DNA of 64,000 nt from Candidatus Latescibacterota bacterium (GTDB lineage: Bacteria; Latescibacterota; UBA2968): assembly GCA_965204375.1 (NCBI GenBank), contig OZ241986.1:4832001-4896000 (forward strand), given 5' to 3'. This document shows, in pieces, positions 58,583-64,000 of this stretch. The notes under the pieces were generated by a model that was not told the DNA's origin, ran no database searches, and worked only from the letters and a program-made list of their open reading frames with translations. A program made the translations under genes and the position numbers. Each line of letters begins with the position of its first letter. The stretch's first letter is position 1.

Positions 58583-60865
58583 GTGTTTATGGATATCTGG
58601 CGCTTCTGGTTTCGCGTGCTCGTTATTTTGATCCTAACGTCCGGCCTGGCGCAGGCCGACGAGACGTGGGATCCTCAAGCCATGCGGCTGGTGGATGAAG
58701 GCCATGCACTGATTGTACAGAAACAGTTCCGCGAGGCCGAGGATGCGTTTGAGCGTGCCCTGAAACGCGATCAAAAGCTAATCCCGGCGATGAAGGGTCT
58801 GGGAAAGGTGGGAGTTTTCCAGGAGGATTGGGGCAAAGCGAAGAAGTGGTACAGAAAAGTCCTGAAAGCAATTCCAGAAGATCCGGAGGCACTTTACAAC
58901 CTGGCTCTTAGCTACCGCGAAACGGGAAAGTTCAAGGCCACGCTGTTTCGGAAGCGGGAATGGGACAGGGCAGAGGGATACTTTAAGCGACTCATTGCAG
59001 CAGATTCGCTCTACCTGGACGGATTCTACCAGTATGCAACGTTAGAGCGGTACCGGGAAAAATACCGGGAGGCGATTTATCTCGGGCACCGACAGGTGGC
59101 GGCAAAGCCGCATCTGACGGCCATCCAGCGGGGGCTGTTCCGGCTTTACCGCTACCTGCTGGACCACGGAGATCCGGTGGAAGCAAAAGGCTGGCTGGAG
59201 ACTCAAGGGACCGAGCACGCGGACTATTTTGTGGGAGAAGCTGAACGACTAACTGGGAATCTGGAAGCGGCTACCGGGACGCTGAAGGCCTGGTTGGCAT
59301 CGGATTCGGCCATCAGCCCGGCACCGGCGAGATTATCTCTCGCCCGAGTGTACTACGCCCTGGGAGCGCCGCAAACGGCCGAGGAATTTTTCTTTGAAGC
59401 GGTCGATCATATCCACAACCGTCTGGATGCCGAGTTGATTTTCGAGGATGTGAAGTATGTTGTGACAGATAGGGAACTGCAACAGTTTTTGTCCCTGATC
59501 ACACCCGAGGACTATGCCGACTTTTTTCGACGCTTTTGGCTTCGCAGAGACCCCACACCGGCCCTGTCGCATAACGCCCGGTTGACCGAACATTACAGGC
59601 GTTTGATGGTGGCCGAGACGTACTACCGGTATGACGGACTGCGCGCATGGTTCAACAATCCCGATAAACTGAGCGTATTCAATTTCCCGCCTGCTTTTGC
59701 GCTCAACGATCGGCTGAACGACAAAGGGCTGATCTATATTCGCCACGGGGATCCGGCCGACCATGCCCGGACCATCGACCAGGATCTGATCCAAAATGAG
59801 TCCTGGTTCTACGACCCGACGCCCGCTCTGCCCCAGATGATTTTCCATTTTAATATCGACCGGCACGGGACGCGGAACAACTGGCGGTTGGCACCTTATC
59901 CGCCCACACTGGAAGACCGGAACATGTGGGGGCCGCCCTATCTGTATCCGGAGCGGTTCAAAGACCCGCTCTACCAGATGCAGATTCAAAATGAGATCAC
60001 CCTGCAGAGTCGGCAGGCAGTGGATGTGGCGTTGCGTACAGACCGCCATACGTGGCTGGATGTTGACCCGCTCCCTTTTCATATGTATATCGGATTTTTC
60101 AAAGGGAAAGAGAAGACGGATGCAGTGTGTTTTTACGGGATCCCGCTGTCGGATAAAAATCTGGAGAACCTGGCCGATACATCTGCGGTTTACGAATATG
60201 GCATGACGCTGCACGATCGAAACTGGAACCGGGTTGTCCAGCAGCGGGAAGACGTGATCCGGCGGGATATGCGCTGGTTTGGGGGGATGGGACTCGGCAC
60301 AATTCGATTTCGGGTGGAGCCAGATACCTATAACAATGCCTTTTTTATTCAACAGACCCGGGAAGGACGCTTTGGGGGGTGGAAGGGAACGCTGCAGGTA
60401 CCGGCATTTTCGCAGGTGCGGCTGGATGTGAGCAGCATTGTACCGGCCTATGAAATTGCGGCTGTGGATTCCGGCCGATTTGCCTTCCGCGACCACCGCC
60501 TGATACCCAATCCGACGCGGCGGTTCGACCCGGCACGGCCAATGTATGTGTATTTCGAGGTTTATAATCTGACACCTGATGAGTTCGGGACGACGTCTTT
60601 TGTGATCGAATATACGGTGGCAAAAATCCAAAAAGAAACGAATACGGTACTCGAGGATTTGCTCAGGATCTTCGGCAGCAAGGACAAACCCACAACCTCC
60701 GTAGAAGTAGAATATCTGGGAGATACGCCCGATTCTGCGGAGTATCTGGCGCTGGATCTGAGCAATGCCGGGAAGGGGGATTTCCGGCTGAATATGCGGG
60801 TGAAAGACCTGCACTCGGGAGAAGAGAAACAGGCGTTTTTGGATCTGGAGTTAAAGCCTGATTGA
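58583..60865 (+). CDS. TPR + GWxTD-domain secreted protein
   Basis: Signal peptide, TPRs, FWLRRDPTP...EHYRRL...LNDKGLIYIRHGDP, YFEVYNL. Confidence 0.78.
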   Translation: MFMDIWRFWFRVLVILILTSGLAQADETWDPQAMRLVDEGHALIVQKQFREAEDAFERALKRDQKLIPAMKGLGKVGVFQEDWGKAKKWYRKVLKAIPEDPEALYNLALSYRETGKFKATLFRKREWDRAEGYFKRLIAADSLYLDGFYQYATLERYREKYREAIYLGHRQVAAKPHLTAIQRGLFRLYRYLLDHGDPVEAKGWLETQGTEHADYFVGEAERLTGNLEAATGTLKAWLASDSAISPAPARLSLARVYYALGAPQTAEEFFFEAVDHIHNRLDAELIFEDVKYVVTDRELQQFLSLITPEDYADFFRRFWLRRDPTPALSHNARLTEHYRRLMVAETYYRYDGLRAWFNNPDKLSVFNFPPAFALNDRLNDKGLIYIRHGDPADHARTIDQDLIQNESWFYDPTPALPQMIFHFNIDRHGTRNNWRLAPYPPTLEDRNMWGPPYLYPERFKDPLYQMQIQNEITLQSRQAVDVALRTDRHTWLDVDPLPFHMYIGFFKGKEKTDAVCFYGIPLSDKNLENLADTSAVYEYGMTLHDRNWNRVVQQREDVIRRDMRWFGGMGLGTIRFRVEPDTYNNAFFIQQTREGRFGGWKGTLQVPAFSQVRLDVSSIVPAYEIAAVDSGRFAFRDHRLIPNPTRRFDPARPMYVYFEVYNLTPDEFGTTSFVIEYTVAKIQKETNTVLEDLLRIFGSKDKPTTSVEVEYLGDTPDSAEYLALDLSNAGKGDFRLNMRVKDLHSGEEKQAFLDLELKPD

Positions 60866-60907
60866 GGCTGTTTTCCAAAAGAAAATAGCAGATAAGGAGC
60901 GCGTTGT

Positions 60908-62269
60908 ATGTCCAATGCCGAATGCCCTAATATTATACTCATTCTAACCGATCATTTCCGGCGCGATGCCCTGGGAAAGAGCACGCCCAATTTAATGGCT
61001 TTAGCTGCAGAAGGAACGCAGTTTACCAACGCGTATTGCGCCACGCCGCTGTGCGGGCCTTCGCGAATTTCGATCATTACCGGAATGTACCCATCGCATA
61101 CGGGAGTATGCGGGAACCAGGCCGATGTGATTCACCCGGAGCTTCGGGACGATACGTTCATGCATCACCTTCAGCAGGCGGGATATTATACGGCAATGAT
61201 TGGCAAGCACCATTATATTGACAGCTACGGGTACTGCATTGATGTAACGGAGAACGACGAAGAACTGAGACGATATGGATTCGACTATATATTTCAGGTT
61301 CAGGACGACGGAGAAAACGGACACAATGACGATGAGTACACGAATTACCTGAAAAAACAAGGAAAGCTGGAGACGTTCCGGGAGGCGCTTCGCAAAGGGG
61401 GATTTCGGCATGTGTTCGACGATCCAGACGAGACGGCCGACGGGTTTATCGGGGTAAAAGGGATCCGATTCGTGGAGGACTATATAGAGGACCGGCCTTT
61501 TTATTTGAATCTGTCATTTATCGGGCCGCATCCACCGATGTGGCATCCGGGCGAGTTGCAACACGATCCCGAAGAGATGTCGCCACCTCTGGGGGCACCG
61601 GACGAAGCATCGGTGCGCCTGAGGCGGGCACACTATATGGACAAATGCGCGCTAATCGATGCTTATGTGGGCCGGCTGGTGGAGGCGCTGAAAGCGAAGG
61701 GGATATACGATAATACGGTAATCATTTTCACTTCGGACCACGGAGATTGCCTGGGCGATTATGGGATATTGGACAAGAGGTATTTCTACGAGAACAGTGT
61801 AGGCGTGCCGTTTTTGATGTGCGGTCCGGGAATCCCAAAAGAAGAAAGGATGAACGGGCCGCGGGTGAGCAAGGCACTGGTGTCTCACCTCGACCTGTAT
61901 CCGACGATACTTCGGCTTGCGGGGACCAGGCTCGCGTTCGACCGCCGCCGACCCGGGCTGGATATCCCCGCTATGGTTCGGGGGGAACCGCACATTGGGA
62001 GAAACGCGGTATTTGCCGAACTGGCTACATGTGCGATGGTGCGCACCGGAAACTGGAAACTGGTATTCGATCCAGAACAGGGCGGCGTACAGCACCTGTA
62101 TAACCTGGCAGTGGATCCGCTGGAACAGCAAAATCTGGCGGGAGTAGCCGGTTACGAGCATGTGACATTGGATCTGGTGCAACGCCTGTTGACGCACCGA
62201 ATTCAACAGACGCAGTACACACATATCAAAGAAGAACAGCGACTGCAACGCGTGCGCGTGCTACCTTAG
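60908..62269 (+). CDS. Sulfatase (formylglycine type)
   Basis: PNIILILTD, CGPSRISIITG, GKHH, PHPP, TSDHGD. Confidence 0.92.
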   Translation: MSNAECPNIILILTDHFRRDALGKSTPNLMALAAEGTQFTNAYCATPLCGPSRISIITGMYPSHTGVCGNQADVIHPELRDDTFMHHLQQAGYYTAMIGKHHYIDSYGYCIDVTENDEELRRYGFDYIFQVQDDGENGHNDDEYTNYLKKQGKLETFREALRKGGFRHVFDDPDETADGFIGVKGIRFVEDYIEDRPFYLNLSFIGPHPPMWHPGELQHDPEEMSPPLGAPDEASVRLRRAHYMDKCALIDAYVGRLVEALKAKGIYDNTVIIFTSDHGDCLGDYGILDKRYFYENSVGVPFLMCGPGIPKEERMNGPRVSKALVSHLDLYPTILRLAGTRLAFDRRRPGLDIPAMVRGEPHIGRNAVFAELATCAMVRTGNWKLVFDPEQGGVQHLYNLAVDPLEQQNLAGVAGYEHVTLDLVQRLLTHRIQQTQYTHIKEEQRLQRVRVLP

Positions 62270-62346
62270 AAGGGAACTCCCATGAATGATCGAAAAATAA
62301 TCCGCCCCTCCCGCGAACTGGTAGTTCCTTTTTGGGATATCAGCTC

Positions 62347-63543
62347 ATGCCTGTAATACTCACCATCAACGCCGGCAGTTCTTCGATTAAATATCAGTGC
62401 TTCGATATGGACAACGAAGAATGTCTCGCAAAAGGACACGTCGATCGGCTACTCTCTTCATCCGCAGAATTGTCTTACACGCGGCGGGATGGCGTCACCC
62501 GTCGCATTCCCGTACCTCAAACCGCTCATGAAGCCGTTTTTCAACGCATCTTTGAAATCCTTCTCCACCCGGAAAAGGGAATCCTCCGCGCGCCCGATGA
62601 AATTCACGCAGTCGGGCATCGCGTTGTACACGGGGGGAGCCACTTCGCAGCCTCCACCCGGATCACGCCCGAAGTCGAAAAAACAATCGAACAGAGCGCT
62701 CCCCTCGCCCCCTTACACAACCCCTTCAACTTGCGGGGAATTCGCGCCTGCCAGACCATACTACCCGACATCCCACACGTTGCGGTATTCGACACCGCAT
62801 TCCACCAGACCATCCCGGAATACGCCCACACTTATGCCCTGCCCCACGCGATATCCGAACAATACCAGATTCGACAATACGGTTTCCACGGCATATCGCA
62901 TCAATACGTCGCCATGCGTGCAGCGGAAATGCTCGGCTCGCCCTTGAAAACGCTAAAACTGATCACATGCCATCTGGGCAACGGCTGTAGCATCACAGCT
63001 ATCGCCGATGGAAAATCAATCGACACCAGCATGGGCTTTACACCTCTTCAGGGACTCGTAATGGGAACGCGCAGCGGAGACATCGACCCGGCGATCATCC
63101 TCTACCTGATCAGAGAACACCAGATGACACCAGACCAAATCGACCAGATGCTCAACCATCAAAGCGGTCTCATCGGCGTATCTGGAATCGGATCAGACCT
63201 CAGAGATCTAATCGCCGTCCATGAGGAAAATCGGCGTGCGGCACTTGCAATCGACATCTTCTGCTACCGCATCCGCCAATACATCGGAAAATACGCGGCA
63301 GTCCTCGACGGGATAGACGCGCTCGTATTCACCGCCGGAATAGGGGAAAACGCGCCACTCATTCGGGCGCGCATCTGTGAAAAACTCGGATTTCTGGGCG
63401 TACATCTCGACCAGGCAAAAAACGAGGGCAATCCCATGAACGAAACAATTCATCATGGGACCGCCCCGGTATCCGTACTCGTCATCCCCACCAACGAAGA
63501 ACTGATGATCGCGCGAGACACGCTACATGTGATTAAGAGCTAA
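62347..63543 (+). CDS. ackA: Acetate kinase
   Basis: INAGSSSIK, GHRVVHGG, LAPLHNP, VFDTAFHQT, YGFHGISH, CHLGNG, DTSMGFTPL, FTAGIGEN, PTNEE. Confidence 0.95.
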   Translation: MPVILTINAGSSSIKYQCFDMDNEECLAKGHVDRLLSSSAELSYTRRDGVTRRIPVPQTAHEAVFQRIFEILLHPEKGILRAPDEIHAVGHRVVHGGSHFAASTRITPEVEKTIEQSAPLAPLHNPFNLRGIRACQTILPDIPHVAVFDTAFHQTIPEYAHTYALPHAISEQYQIRQYGFHGISHQYVAMRAAEMLGSPLKTLKLITCHLGNGCSITAIADGKSIDTSMGFTPLQGLVMGTRSGDIDPAIILYLIREHQMTPDQIDQMLNHQSGLIGVSGIGSDLRDLIAVHEENRRAALAIDIFCYRIRQYIGKYAAVLDGIDALVFTAGIGENAPLIRARICEKLGFLGVHLDQAKNEGNPMNETIHHGTAPVSVLVIPTNEELMIARDTLHVIKS

Positions 63544-63616
63544 CATAGTTTGACCACCCTTTAATCCGCGAGCAATCCGCGCAGATATCTGGCGGCCAGG
63601 CCGATCGCAGAGCTTC

Positions 63617-64000
63617 TCAATCCACCGGGATGCGGTAGGAACTGCGACTGATATTCTCGTGGTCGGATGAACGGGCGACCCTGAGCGCGTGCTCGGTCAG
63701 CGGAAGGAAGGAATGGGTCTCGGCGTGCAGGGAAATAAAACCTTCTGCGTACGCACAGCGCCCCGCGCTACCAAACGCGCCGTCGCTGGTCTCGATCCGT
63801 TTCCGGGCATAGGCACCGCCGTATCCCTGGCTCACCAGGCAGTCCAGCGCCGCCAGCTTTTTCTCTACAACATCGGTGATATCGATGAACACATCGTTGT
63901 AGTAGCCCCCCTCGGAGCCCCAGACCTGTCGGGGAATCCCCGCACCGCCTCCCCCAAAATAAAAGACCTGCGCGACCCGGTGGGGGGGATTCCGGTCACC
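63617..64000 (-). CDS. PIG-L/LmbE family deacetylase, 3' part (gene starts beyond the window)
   Basis: VFIDITDVVEKKLAALDCLVSQ...YAEGF C-terminal signature; frame open to the window edge. Confidence 0.65.
   Translation of the reverse strand, partial: GDRNPPHRVAQVFYFGGGGAGIPRQVWGSEGGYYNDVFIDITDVVEKKLAALDCLVSQGYGGAYARKRIETSDGAFGSAGRCAYAEGFISLHAETHSFLPLTEHALRVARSSDHENISRSSYRIPVD

Overview
Bacterial genomic DNA. The gene mix (T9SS-type cargo with PorV paralogues, GWxTD/TPR proteins, four DUF6785/DUF6784-type membrane proteins, PhyH dioxygenases, sulfatases) suggests an FCB-group candidate lineage such as Ca. Latescibacterota; this is inference only. The window has three zones. (i) 1-12.5 kb and 38-64 kb: envelope/uptake and catabolic genes, including two TonB receptor / CTD-cargo / PorV cassettes (the first truncated by the window edge). 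(ii) About 12.9-29.2 kb: a lower-GC defence and mobile island. It holds a type ISP R-M remnant, an NYN nuclease behind a promoter, multi-hairpin RNA and terminator, a broken rmuC and an EEP nuclease. It also has a PLD-SNF2 helicase interrupted by a 131-bp MITE, HEPN and NDT-like effectors, a circularly permuted C5 methyltransferase with a putative endonuclease, a complete IS1380 and an intact tnpB-only IS200/IS605 element. (iii) 29-38 kb: hydrolases, a MATE transporter and higBA. Best candidates for an undescribed system are the NYN plus structured-RNA module, the REase / permuted-MTase / PLD-SNF2 operon, and the recurring TBDR-cargo-PorV plus DUF6785 plus GWxTD envelope module. No rRNA, tRNA or CRISPR array was seen. 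All family calls come from motif recognition by eye, not database searches.
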